A DNA stretch of 64,000 nucleotides from the human T2T-CHM13v2.0 reference genome, Homo sapiens: assembly GCF_009914755.1 (NCBI RefSeq), contig NC_060937.1; one strand, given 5' to 3'. Below the pieces are notes generated by a model. The model did no database searches. It was not told the DNA's origin and was given only the letters and a program-made list of their open reading frames with translations. Position numbers and translations under genes: made by a program. Below, in pieces: positions 45,721 to 60,565 of this stretch (its first letter is position 1; each line of letters starts with the position of its first letter).

Positions 45721-47488
45721 TTAGCCAGCTACAAAATGAAGGTGGCACACTTAACTTATGCTACTGTAGATCTTATTTAACAAAAGCAAAAATAAAAACG
45801 TAATTCTCTAAAGATTATTTTGCATTACCAGAACTAATAAAAACATTTGTTTCAGAGGTTAGACAAGTTACGTAAATGTGAGAAATAAAGGAAATAGGGG
45901 AAGTGAGACTTGCAGCAAATGTGGAGTGCTCACGCTTCACTTTAACAAAGTTATAGTAAAAAAGTTTGGAAACAATGTCTGTACACACGCACACACTCAG
46001 ACAGGGATGCCTGCATCCAGCACATGGCTGTAAGAACTACTACAAGTTAATGATCCATCGTTTCTTCTAAATTTATTTCACCTTCATTTCTTGTTTTATT
46101 TTAATATCTCTGTTTGAGGGCTGTTCATATTTATTAACATCATTCTATTTTCAGTACCTATATAGAGTAAGTGCAAAATAACTGTTTGTTGAATATATTA
46201 TTTATGAGTACATCTCATTCTTCTGCTTACTGTGAGAAAGTATCTCCTATTCTTTCAGAATGGTTACATTCTCAGAAAAATAGAAATACATCTCACTTTT
46301 CTACTTACCTAAAAATAAAGCTGATCAATAATAATCTTTATAGTAGCAATTGTGGTAGTGGTTGTTATTTTTGTTTTAATGGTGGCAGCTTATATTTATT
46401 AGCCATTCATGATTTATTCTAATACGTTTATTTTAGTTTTAATTTTATTTAGCATATTTAAGTTATTTAGCATGTTTTAGTATATTTAGAATATTTTGCT
46501 TTTATGATTCCAGAATCCCAAGTCCTAAGGGAGTGAGAGCTGAGGGGTAGGGAAGAATAAAGGAGAAAAATGGATGGGCTCTCTCCACTGTCCAGTGACT
46601 CCTCGGGATGACCAACTTCTTTTTCATAGCCCACATGGCTCAGGCTAGAAGCACTTTGTCAAAGGCTGGGGGCTTTCTCTCCAGAGAAGGAGGCTCTTAC
46701 CTCTTCAGCAGGGTTTTGGCAAAGCAGGGCTCACAAGCTGGAACATGGAAGCCCCTAGAGTTCAAGGGTCAGGTCTTCATTAGCCTTGAGGTAAGAGCTG
46801 TGTTACGGCTTTCCTAAATAACACTATTATTATTTTTTGCTCCAACTGATTAGTTGATAAAACGGATTTGATTTCATAGAGTGTCCAGGGAATTATGTTC
46901 TGCAGGCTGCTGTCGCCAGCAGAGAAAGTTTCCTTGACTGTCCATACACGATTTCCATGCTATTCTATTCACATTTGTTTCACGTGAGTATCTGGCTTAA
47001 CAGAGAAGTCATACATTCAAACGAACAGTGAAATTAGAGCCTAGAGTTGTATTTGAATTTGATTTAAATTTTCAATTACTAAATTTCTGCAGAATGATGA
47101 TTTTCAAAAGGCAATCTATCAAATATAAAATTCTCATAAATGTGATCAGCCAGTCCTCAAGTATATACCGAGTTCAATGAGAGCGAGAAAAGACATCAAA
47201 AGAAGTGCCTGAGGCTCTGCTCCCACCTGAGACAACTGGGTCTAATGAACGAATCCAGAACATAAGGGTAAAACACACACAGGCACGCACGTGTGCACAC
47301 ACACACACACACTCCCAGACGGTGGGACACATGTAGAACGAAGTAACGAAGTGTCCACTTTGATGCACAAACCTTGCTATCACAGTTCAGACAGAAGGGA
47401 GATGAGTGCTGCTGGCAGATTAGGGGAAACTTACCTGAGTAGGTCCTGACATGTGAGTCACAGGAGATGGGGGTGGGGGGGGGCGGTA

Positions 47489-47653
47489 GGAGAGAGGCAA
47501 TCCAGGAAGAATGGGATGAACACATACATTCAAGAAGAGAATGGAGAGAGGCATTCCAGGAAGAATGGGATGAATACATACATTCAAGAAGAGAATGGAG
47601 AGAGGCATTCCAGGAAGAATGGGATGAATACATACATTCAAGAAGAGAATGGA
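47489..47653. repeat. 54-bp minisatellite, 3 copies
   Basis: ggagagaggcattccaggaagaatgggatgaatacatacattcaagaagagaat at 47489, 47543 and 47597. Copies 2 and 3 are identical; copy 1 differs at 2 sites. Confidence 0.98.
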
Positions 47654-50393
47654 CTGCCAGTGTTCAGAAGAGTACAGAGTACGGAATACGAAATGCCTAC
47701 ATTATTTTTTTTCTTCAATATTTATGCATATTGAAAAAGAATACCTTGTATTTATAAAAATTCACTCACGCAATAAAGGCAGTACTATGAATCCTTATCT
47801 TTTAAAAAAGTAAACCGCCAGCTATCTCATATTAAAAATGTGCATATCCTTTCACCCAGAAGTTGTTTCTAGGAATCTGTTCTAAAGCATAATCACACAT
47901 GAGCACAGAATGTATATATGCCTGTATTCAACACAGCATTACTTATTGCAGGGAAAGACTGAAAACCACTTAAATGTCTATCAGTAAGGGAAGAATGAAA
48001 AACATGTTATAACATACCATGAAACTTACAGAGAGGGGAGAAGAAATGAGAAAAGAAAGGAAGAGAGGGAAGGAGGGAGGGAATTATATATGGCAGAATT
48101 TATTACTTTCTTAAATCATTAAATCTCTTACATTATTTGAAGTATTACTTTTTTAACTTATAAATGTTTAAAATACAACCATAAAAATGCTAATTTCTTG
48201 GAATCCACTAGATATTTCCAATGAACACTGTCTTCTACATATAACATGAAATAAATCATCACTTTATGCTCTCCAAAATTTACTTTTAAAATTTCCTTTC
48301 ACTGTCTGATGAAAAACTCCTCTAGTCACTATCTTTTCTCATCCATTCAACAAGAACTCCTAAACATCTTTCAGCAGACAATGGACAACCTTATTTTTAA
48401 AAAGTCATGCCTGCAATTTCTGCCTTTAAACTCCTTTCTTCCTAACATTCTGAAGAATATCTGGACACCTAATTTCAGTTTAAGTAAGTCTGTGGCCCTA
48501 TTTGAGAACCTGAGAAACCTAAAGACAGTCCCTTTAAAAATCCTCAAGCACACATTTCATGTAACCTAGGGGCACTTATGATTCAAGATACAAGGATAAA
48601 ACTCCTTGCATTTGGCTAAGAGTTTTCACAAATATTCCTCATAGGATGTTTCTTGATCTTGTCCTCGACTCAACAAAAATATGTCAGGTTTTCCTTGTTC
48701 CATGATAAAGGAATTTTTATCAGAGCAAACAGAATTATCATAGATGAAGCCCTTTTAGTTGAATTCTATTGCCTTAGTTCTCTCTTCCATATGTGTTTTC
48801 ATAAAAATCAATAAGTAATTCCTATGGCAACAGTAAACATCAAGATAAATGCATCAAAAAAACCCCTTGGTGCTTTTTTTTTTTTGAAAGCATTATAAAT
48901 CTCAATTACATATTTTACAAATTAGTCTTTACTGGGCTTTTTCTTTTATGACTGCAGTAAAAATATACGTTCTGTAATAAATCATGGTTGTAGATATATA
49001 ACTTTCTGTTTTCTATTTATTTGTAAAGTTCTCATCTGATATCACATATGGTAGCATGAAATATGCTTTAATATCATTTAACTCTGATGAATCAATTTTT
49101 AGCAGCAGCATCAACAAAATTCAATTTACATCCCATTATAATTTGAATAAAAGTAATTTTCTTTCATCATATTTTATGTCCATATTTAACATCAGATGTA
49201 ATAAGAGACAAATTATAAAAATAATAGAATACTAATAGAAAAAGATATAGAAAGTTATTTCAAAGTCAAGCAAATCCTGTGTTAAAACTAAAACACTGGA
49301 CCCGTGTAAGTGGATCCATTGTCAATCCTATTTCAGCAAGATACAGGGGTAGTCCGAAGCACAGAACTCCACCAGTGATGAAAATAATAACTGATATTTC
49401 TAAATCAATATTTAATAAAACTGATTTATGACCCACACAGGGAGCTGAGTCCATAGCTTATAGTCAATACTACCCAAATTCAAAGAAGAAAAATACCACA
49501 AAAGTAAATAACAGCTACAGTATATTTCTTCTTGTAAAAAATACCAGTCCCAAATTTCAATACTCATAATTACGTTCTTCAGAAGTGAGTTGGGAATATA
49601 GGAAATCTGGAAGACTCAATCACCCTTTACCTTAGTTTTCTGCATTTTCTTGAAAGGCCCAATTAATTTATTGTTGCCAAAAGCAATTCATGAAGATTAC
49701 AAGTCATCATCTTAAATTTGTTCTTAGCATCCAAAATCCACATGTTAACTCCTGTGGAGCTGACGACTTGTAGTTTTCTTATCTAATATTTTAAGGAGGA
49801 TATATATAGAAAAGCTTTATAATTTTTTCGTAAAGAAAACTAATAAGGTAAATACTGTTTATGTCACATTCTAATAAAGAAATTAATTAATGTGGATTTC
49901 CAAAATCACCTTGTATAAATTTGTTGGTTAATTTGTGATAATTTAGAAAGCAAATTTAAATATTCATATCTCAAAGAAAGTAAATTCAAATACACAACAG
50001 AAATTAATGCATGTAGCTATACATTACATATAGCAAACACATGCCTTATCACGGCATTTTGAATTTAGTTCAAATACACACAAAACTTACTAAAATATAC
50101 CAAATAGCATATTTTCTTTTGCTTGCTAAGTTCTCTCCCACATCTCTAGCCATGATGTGTCTACCACCTAATTTTACATCAAAAGTAGTATTTACTAATT
50201 TTTTCTGGCATTATCTCTAATCCTTGCCCAGATGTTTACAGCTCAGTAGCTTATAAAACTGCATTGCCTCCCAGGTACATTGTTTAATATTTATATTCTT
50301 TCATTCAACTAACATATATTATGCACCAACTCTCTGTCTCACAGAATACAGAATACAAGGGACTAGACTTAAAGCCAGAGACCAACCCCTTAA

Positions 50394-50971
<578 letters not shown>

Positions 50972-53148
50972 TAGTAGTTTGTAGATCAAGAGCACAGGCT
51001 TCAGCCTCAGCACACGGGGCAGCAAGACATGGCTTCCAAATGCGGCTGGTAAGAGGCTCTGGGAGAGTTCATTCTTGCTTATCTCATTCTCCCCACTCAT
51101 CAGCTGAGGGATAATGATACCCCATGGGCTGATTTTGAGGATTAAAAACACAATGGATGCAAAACCTTTTCACTGGTGCCAGGCACATAATATGCAATCG
51201 ATAAATGATACCAACAGTTGTCCTAAGTAATGACAGTAATTACAAAAGTAACGACTGTCTGATGGACAATTAGTCACCATAAGAATACAGTGTTTATTAT
51301 TTCCTGGCTTTACCTTCGACTTTTGAATATATAGAACAGGCAAAGTGATCCACTATATACAGCTCGTGTAGTGTTAAGGGCATATGTTGTATGTCTTTTC
51401 TATTAGTTATTTTCAGAATGTCTTGATTCATAGTTTATCTTGCTTGTGGGCTTCCTCTGCTATAAGCTGTTTCAGTTGAATTTCATTTATTCTGGATTTT
51501 TTTGAAAATGGGCTTTTGTCATTTATTCTGATGATTCTAAAGACTAATAAAAAATGCATGATAGCGATTTACTTCCTAAGTGACTTTTCAGGATGAGTTT
51601 TATCATCCAATGACATTCATTAAGTTGTTTAGTCCAAACTGAACATTTTTTATTTTTTACCTGACTGTACAATGAATGAAGGGTTCAAATAACCACCTGA
51701 ATAGTTTTGTTCTCATCTCTTGTACCAAATGTTTTACTTTCTTTTAAAAGGTCATGACAAGGAATCACCAGTTCGATGGTGTTTTTTTGCTGTGATTTAT
51801 TTCGCATATATGGTATATTTTGTGTTGCTTTCTTTCTAACTGGCACATCACCTCTGTTTGGATAACGGTCTTCCCCATCAGCATTTCACTAAAGGGAAAT
51901 AATGCTAACATTCCACTAGAAAATTAGGAATAAAACTAAGCTTTGCAAATTGTTTTTGAATTTTCTTCTTAAACACTATTTTGAGTTGTAAGACGGTTTG
52001 GTGGAAACAGCAAGTATGGTGGACATCTGCAAATCTGGAGAAGTGAGTTCAGCCTGCCTCTGCCCGGAGTTCTCTGTAATTCTAATCCCACTCACTCTGA
52101 CTCTCAGATCCCCACCTGTGTGGGTAAAATGTATGACTGCATTATCTGTTCCAGCTCTAAACTTCTGTAATTTCATTTCCAGTGTTATTACAGAAAATCA
52201 CAGTGTCGCCTCTTTTATGTCTCAGCTTTTATGTCTCATATGTTTATGAGCAAGTGGGAACAGCGGAAGTAGGAACTGAAAGTGGGGTAAGTATTCAGAA
52301 AAGGGAAGACACATTTTCTAAATAGGGTAAGTTGCTGTGATTTTGTGTCACTTCGACAGTGTGGCTTTTAGGATGTTGTCAATCCCCAAACCTTACCACT
52401 GTATGATTCCTACCCACCTTGCCACCCATACTGCAATCACGGAATCTCAATGTCTGCTAAATAAATTTTGCGATTTTGCAAGATGTCCTTTAGATTATGT
52501 CTACTACTCAGGAAGCTTGCAACATGGGGAGTGTGTGATATCTTGAGTGCACGGGCTAATGTCTTAGCAGGGATGAGTCAGTTGGGGGTCCTTAGGAAGG
52601 AGCCACAGGAAAGCTATCCAGAAATAAAGATGGAAAGGTGCATAAATGGAAGAAAGAGACAGAAATAACTAGTATCTCAGTTGTCACGTGGCTCAGGGAA
52701 TTAGAGGAGGTCGGAAAATAAATCACTTAGTGCTGGAGCCCCTGCACATCACAGCATGGCTGTGCCTTCTGCTCAATGCCCCAGCTGGTGCTTTACTTAG
52801 GCTCTGTGGAAGGAGCACCTGTTGAAAGGCGCTGAAAGGGAGAGGCTCCAATCCAGGGGTCACAGATTCGAATGTATATGGATAAATAAATAAAATTAAA
52901 CATATGCATGATGCTTCATCAAACTAGAAAATTCAATGACACGGGCTAAATGTTGATCAGATTCTAGAGAGATTGGTACAAGCACAGAAGTCAGGACATT
53001 TGTGAGAGGGGAGGGGAATAATTGATGAATAAAGACCAAACATCACCAAAAACTTGCCTTCTAGAATGCTAGTCATTGATTGGAATAAAATGAAATGGGA
53101 GATATGAGTTAACATAGGCAAGATGCAAGGTTAAGAACACCGTGCCCC

Positions 53149-53537
<389 letters not shown>

Positions 53538-54913
53538 TCAGATGCAGTGTGTGAGTGTGAAAATATCTATGTCCTGCCCTCCCTTATTATTACACCATTT
53601 TCCCTCAAATAACACAGAGATACATTCATATTTTGCCCGTGCATCCCAATTTCTAGTTCATTCTGCGTTTGTTCTACGCTACACGTACTCTAAGTGTAGT
53701 TTCTCAGTTGCTCTTTACATTAACTGTATAAGGTAGGTCTATCACTTACCCCATTTCCTAGATGGGGAAATTGAGGCAAGAGAGTTAATTACTTTCCTAA
53801 GGCTGTCACACTAATATAAAGTGGAGTCATGATCTAAACCCCAGGGCCATTCTTTTGAACAACTGTGCTTCAAGCAAACTTTACCACAAAGGAGTCATGT
53901 GCCCCTAATAATTTTAAACATGCTACAGCAAATAGCATAACTCTATTCAGAGGTTAAAAAATATACTGTTTGTTACTTTTCTTTTGAGAACTATTATCAA
54001 GATTTAGAAAGAATTGATTCCAATATTATTACTCATATTGAAATGATTTTTTGGGACGTGGTCATAGATAATATTATTTGGATTTTTGAGTTATTTCTAA
54101 AGAAAGTAATTTCTGAGTTTATCATGCATTCTCATCTCATGACAAGTATGCACATATCTCTATTATACATTTCATATATTGTATAAATGTTACTTTTTTA
54201 ACTGCTAAAATGTGAATGTTAAGAATATCAACATAATCACACTATCTCCCCCGGTTTTCATCTTATCTCTTCTAGATATTCATAATTTATAATATTTACA
54301 TTGTATTTTGTAAATCCTACAGTTACATTAGCTTTGTTCTTAAAACAAATAGATACTAGAGACTAGCTCATGATAAGAAATTCTTGATTGACTGAATGTT
54401 TTCAAGAAGATTTCATGCAAAATATAGTCTCTATGTTCCTGCCTCTTCAAAAATATTCAGAAAGAGCTTGACCCATTCTTTCCCTAAAGAATTTGTAAGC
54501 ATTGTGCCATTACATTCTAGAGTTCCATATTGACATGAAGTTTCAGGCCTCTCTGATGTACCTCCTTATAGCTAACTTGACCTTATTTTTTCTGGATGCC
54601 TAATGAATGTTTTCTTTAGCTTTGATTTCCAACAATTTTACTAAGATGTGTCTCAGTGTTGACTGTTCTATGTTCACTTACTGAGAAAAGCTGCATCCTT
54701 CGAATCTGTAATTCAGTGCTCTGTTTCCTACTAAGCTTTTATGAGTTATATATCATGATTTTTTTTCAGTTTTAAAAGTACCTCAAAGTACATTTTTATA
54801 GATGTGGTCCTCATTCTTTCAATTATGACTCATCTTTGAAATAAATTTTTGTTAGACCAGATGTCTGTCACTGTTTCACTTTGGGGAGGAACAGGGTAAT
54901 GTTCTAGGATAGT

Positions 54914-55280
54914 GCAATGGACAGAATGCTGATGTTTCCCCCAAATTCATTTGTTGAATTTCTAACCCCCATGGGGGTGATGCTACCAGAAGGTAGGACC
55001 TTTGGGTGTGATTAGATCATGAAGGTGGAGCCCACATTAATGGTATTAGTAACCTTATGAAGGAGGTTCAAGAGAGAACCCTTACTGCTTCTACTACGTG
55101 AGGACACAGTGAAAAGGTGCCATTCTATGAACCAGGAAGTGAGCCTTCACCAGGCATGAAATCTGCTGCTGTCTTGCTCTTGGACTTCCCAGACTCTAGA
55201 ACTGTGAGAAATAAATTTCTCTTGGTTATGAGACACTGATTCTGTGACATTTTGTTACAACAACCAAAATGGATCAAGAT
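54914..55280 (+). mobile_element. MLT1A-like MaLR LTR
   Basis: cccccaaattcatttgttgaa...gtgaggacacagtgaaaaggtgcc...cttggacttcccagactctagaactgtgagaaataaatttct. Confidence 0.85.
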
Positions 55281-55340
55281 GGAATTGAAGGTTTTTATAA
55301 TACAGGTGTGTGTGTGTCTATGTGTGTATTTCTTTAGTCC

Positions 55341-55515
55341 AATGGTTCATAACTCTGCATGCACATAAATTAATCACCTGGAGAGCCTTTAAAAGCCATC
55401 TATTCCTTGGATCACTCTAAGGTTGTGATTTAATTGACATGAGGATGGTGCTTGAGAATCTGTTTGTTTTAAAAGGTTCCCCAGGTCATCCTAAGTTATA
55501 GTGGCCATGAAAACC
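55341..55515. mobile_element. MER5-like hAT DNA transposon
   Basis: aatcacctggagagcctttaaaa...tttaaaaggttccccaggtcatcctaa. Confidence 0.65.
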
Positions 55516-58413
55516 TTCCGTTTAGCTTTTATCCCATTCTAGCCAACCCAGATCAGCAGCAACAAAGCAGTTGTGTCCCCTCCACTCTATCTCCCCACCA
55601 ACTGCCTGCAGAAATGAGGGCCTCTGCCTTGTGATGCTGCATGGGGTCCTAGTAAGCCTCCACAATCAGCCTTTGCTCTGATTCCCTGACTCAAATATGA
55701 GACAGTTGTGTTCCTCCAGGAACATGCATTATCTTAGAATATTGCTATCCTGCTGGTGCTGTCTGAGATCCACAGTAGGCAGAATCTTCTCAGGAAGTTT
55801 TCTGTTAGATGCCCAGTCCTGTGATGTGGTTTATAGTTACAGCTTTTCAGAGTTCTTAAACATGAAAATTTCATTTCTGTTTCTCAATCTTCTTGATATT
55901 TGGATGATTTTGGGGACACAAAGAGGCAAAGATGTCTTTACTCTTCAATCTTACAACAGGGGTTCCTTGTAATTTTTTCTACTCCATGACTCTGGCTTTT
56001 AATATATTTTAAAATTTGAATTTTTCAACATCATCAGTGTTAAATCTTAATGAGACATAAAGCTACTTCTGCCAGAAATTTTATAAGTGAATTGAAATTC
56101 ATGTTTTGAATGGTAATTTGATTAGTAAGAAAAGGAAATGGGCTCCTTTTTAACTAACCATAATTACTTACATATTCAAGTATATTAGCCAAATTCATAT
56201 GCATAATTAGGCACCTAATTATGTTTTAAATTCAAATGCATGCATGAAGAGATGATCACATGTGTCTAATAAAATATTTTATTTTCCTCATTTTGGGCAA
56301 AAAATTGTCTTTTGTTTCCATAAGAACTTTTAAATATAGTAGTTTGTGTATCTACAGAGATACATAATATCAGGAAGCAGCTATCAATTTCAATCTAAAT
56401 TATAACGACCATTTAAAAATGTTTTGGTTATGGTACAAGATCAACATTTCATTATCTAACAATTAGTCATACAGTGATGATGAATTTGGGAAAAATAAGC
56501 AAACGGATGAAATTAAGCCTGTATAGAAAGGAAGGAGTCATGAGGAATAATGAATATTGCCAACAAAAACAGACAAAATCAGGCAAAAGAACAACAAGAA
56601 AACAACTAAATTCTCTATTGTGGCTCTGCCTCCTCATACAAACATGCCTGGTTACCAATGAATTAAAAAGACATACGCTTTGTTGAGCCTATTAGTAAAT
56701 ATTTATGGAGGGCTCCCTGTGAGCCAGGCATAGCCCTGTGCCCTGGAGACTTGAAGACGAAAAGATGCACTTCCTGTTTTCAAGGAGCTTAAATCCTTGG
56801 GAGATAAATTAACAGTACAGCTATAGTAAGATAATTGCTTTAGTAGGGGGCGACTGCCTCCAAGGCAATTTCCTCCTAGAACTGGTCCTCTCAAGTCAGC
56901 ACAGTACAAGGAGACTTTTTCTCTCAAAAAGAGATTCTACCCTATATTAAGCAAAGCCATTGTAAGTCAGAGTGAAGAAAGATGAATCAACTTGAATATA
57001 ATGCTGCATTTTGAATTTGGGTACAATTGTTGCATTAAAAACGGTGAGGGTATGAGGTGCTTTAGCTACATGATTTTAAAAAATTGGAGGTTATTTTCTG
57101 TAAGGGCAACCTTAACCCTGGAATGGTGACCACTCTCCATAGAAGACATGGATACACTCAGACCCTAAAAGAAAGAGCTGCAGACTCTGATAAGGCATGC
57201 ATTCTAGTCATGCCCAGCTGTTGGAACTCCTGAAGCTTATTCCGCACAGCCTATCAGCCTATATACATCTCGCCTCCCATACCACATCTGTGATTTCTTC
57301 CTCATGCCTAAAAGTTATTGGTATAATTCATGATGCCTCTGTACTTTTGAGACAGAGGGAAGGATTTAAGACTAATTACAAAGTTGGATAAGTTTAAGAG
57401 AGTATAGAAAATTGAAATTGCTTCACATCAGTTGGCTTCTGGATTTTTGTGAAATAGGAGACAATATTACTGGTCAAAAGAGATGGAAGAATGCCATCTA
57501 ACTATAATGCTTGAAATAAAATATGAGGAAATACTAAAACATAAAGATGAAAACCTGAGATGTTATTTGCAAAACTGACTTTAAAAAGATACCATCAGCC
57601 CACGTTCAGTACTATATTCTATATAAAAGCTGTAACTTTATGGTTTAGCACGCAGGCCTGACACTTGAAGAAATTTTAGTTTAAAAAATTACTCTGATAA
57701 CAATTCTCAAGGCATAAAATACTTGTTTGGAATTATACATTTTTTGCTTTAATAATATAATATGCGCAACTTGCATGGAATTATAAAAATACAATGATAT
57801 CAACTAAATGGCAGATGCTAAATTCTTTCATTATGTATGTAATGGCACATTTTAGGACTTAATAAGGCAAGCCAAGAAGAATGTACACATTTGAGCACAT
57901 AGTTCTCATGCACAAGCATTTCCCATACATTTATTACTTAGTTGATGCATATTCACTAAGTAGTTCATTAATTGTATTCTAATCAAGGAGCACTTTTCAG
58001 CTCTAATGCACTCATCAATACCTAGTATTACAGTTTTTAAGACTTACCTTGCCTATTAGGGTATAGTTACATAGTTACATATGAAAGGAAACCAAATTTT
58101 GTTTATCTTTGAGTCAACAACCCAGAACCCTGTTCAACAAACAAATATTTTTAAATGCTTAAATGCTGTTATTGAGAATCGAAATAGTCAAAAATGAGAG
58201 ATCTGTAACTCCATACAAACACTGCTGCCCATATACATACACAGCTTGTATGCTACGCACTGTCGGGTAGAATATATTATAAAATAGGCATAGAATTAAA
58301 ATTTATATTTGTATTTCTTCTATACTACAGCCAGTCAAAATATTAGTATCAATTATTTAATTATTCTGTCCACTTCATAAACATCACAAAATAGAAACTT
58401 AAAACGTATTTTA

Positions 58414-58614
<201 letters not shown>

Positions 58615-58679
58615 TCAACAATCATAAATGTTGATTACAATGAATAATGTAATTACCCTTCATTAATATCTATGTATCT

Positions 58680-58822
58680 GGCCAAGTGAGGTTGCTCATG
58701 CCTGTAATCGTTGCACTTTGGGAGGCATAGGCAGGAGAATCCCTTGAGCCCAGGGGTTCGAGGTTGCAGTGAACTATGATCATGCCACTGCATTCTAGCC
58801 TGGGCAACAGAGCAAGACCTTG
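58680..58822 (+). mobile_element. Alu monomer (FRAM-like or left/right recombinant AluJ)
   Basis: ggccaagtgaggttgctcatgcctgtaatc...cttgagcccaggggttcgaggttgcagtgaactatgatc...gcaagaccttg; ~100 nt from the exon 7 acceptor. Confidence 0.85.
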
Positions 58823-58838
58823 AGAGACCTTTGCTCTT

Positions 58839-58839
<1 letters not shown>

Positions 58840-58882
<43 letters not shown>

Positions 58883-58897
58883 AGAGTACAGCAAAGA

Positions 58898-58932
<35 letters not shown>

Positions 58933-59212
58933 GAGAGGGAGAGAGAGAGAAAGAGAGACCTTGAGAGACCTTCTTGCTCTTATGTTGTAGATACCAAATC
59001 ACTGATGACAAGCATTGTTGATGAGGTTAATAATATTTGTACCACACACTTTGAAATATAGAGTCAGTTAAGACTGAAGCGAAGATGGATCATTTGGCTT
59101 ACATATAAGAATGAGAAATGAGGAGATATACGTGACGTGTCTGTCTAAAATCATATCTTTCTGGCCCACCCAACTGTGGTAATTGGTAATATATATATGA
59201 GACCTTGAGAGA

Positions 59213-59270
<58 letters not shown>
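58840..59270. repeat. Compound microsatellites (TATC)n, (TA)n, (GA)n, (TC)n(TA)n
   Basis: Visible at 58840-58881, 58900-58929, 58932-58958 and 59214-59270. Confidence 0.95.
58968..59184 (+). repeat. Inverted duplication, arm 1
   Basis: Reverse complement of 60566-60780; about 25 substitutions and one 2-nt indel by manual alignment. Confidence 0.95.
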
Positions 59271-59274
<4 letters not shown>

Positions 59275-60565
59275 TTATTTGCAAAATTGTGTATGTGTAT
59301 CTGAATATAGTTTTAAGATTCATAATCCATAAATGATATTCATAACATTAATTACATATTAAACATTCTCAAATGATATCTGATTCATCCCCACAATAGC
59401 TCTTTATAAGAATACTATCACCATTACGGTTTTTGCCATTACAGACTGAGACCCAGATAAGCAAAGGAAGGAATTTTTCTACAGATTTGCAAAGAACGTT
59501 AACTTGTCTGAGGAGTCATTGTGATTCACAAAATTCTTGTCTCACTGTGGGCACACATTTTACTTCCCCACTTCTAAGCAATGTTGCATGATGAAAATCA
59601 TTTTCTTTGCAGTACGAATACTACGAAACTCATCAATGATACTTGTCCTTCTGAGTGTTGGAAGGTGTCTAGTTTAGAAATAACCAGACAAATAAGGAGA
59701 AATGGAAGGAACTCAAGGTATCCCATAGGAAAGAGAGATTATGAGGTGATTTAGTGATAGCTCTAGGAATATAAGAATCCTTTAGGTGGATAATGACATA
59801 ACCCATTTTTATCCTTCTTAAGAATAGGTTGGATATCAACTTGATATAAAGGATTTAGATATGTAATGGCTTTCCTGACAGCAAGTATAGATAACATAGG
59901 ACTGCTGACTGTAGACTCTCATTCTGGGTTGACCTTAAAAATGGACCCCAAATAGCTGCTATCTGAGGTATCCCACACAGATTGAGCAGACGCCAAAGTC
60001 TGGGCTTGATGATTTCAGAAGCCTTCTAAATCCATAATTGTGTTACACTAATTTCCCACTACATCAATGTTTCTAGGAATTTCTTAAATGGAGAACAACC
60101 CTAAGACAGCCTCAGTCACGTGAGTTTCTGACCAAATTGAGGTAGACTTACCAGATGACTCTTTTTCTTTAATACCTTCTTATGTTCAGTTGCTGCTTCC
60201 ATCCCTTTTATAATATGCTTTCTCTAAAGTCTGACACCTAATTGTGCAATCCCTTAGCTATTTGCTGCCACCACGCATACACACACGTACATAGTTTTAC
60301 ACACACACACACACACACACACACCCCATGGCTGGTGATACTTTGCCCACTTCTCAGCCATAAACAAAGCTCCAGAAACTTCACCCATGATTCAAACACC
60401 CTAAGCTATTCCTTTAGGGTTCTGCCCTTTGTCAGCAGCAGATGAGCTCATCTGTCTGCTGGTCTCAGGAAATAAGTGGTTAAATCATTGCTCCCTCTAG
60501 TCATATTTTAAGCTGGTCCTTTGGACCCCATCTGTAAAACCCAAGGGAAAGGCTCTAATTGTGGA

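Noticed and set aside
47489-47653. 54-bp repeats as a CRISPR-like array or coding repeat (EEWDEYIHSRR)
   Set aside because: Head-to-tail with no spacers; the open frames follow from a unit length divisible by 3.
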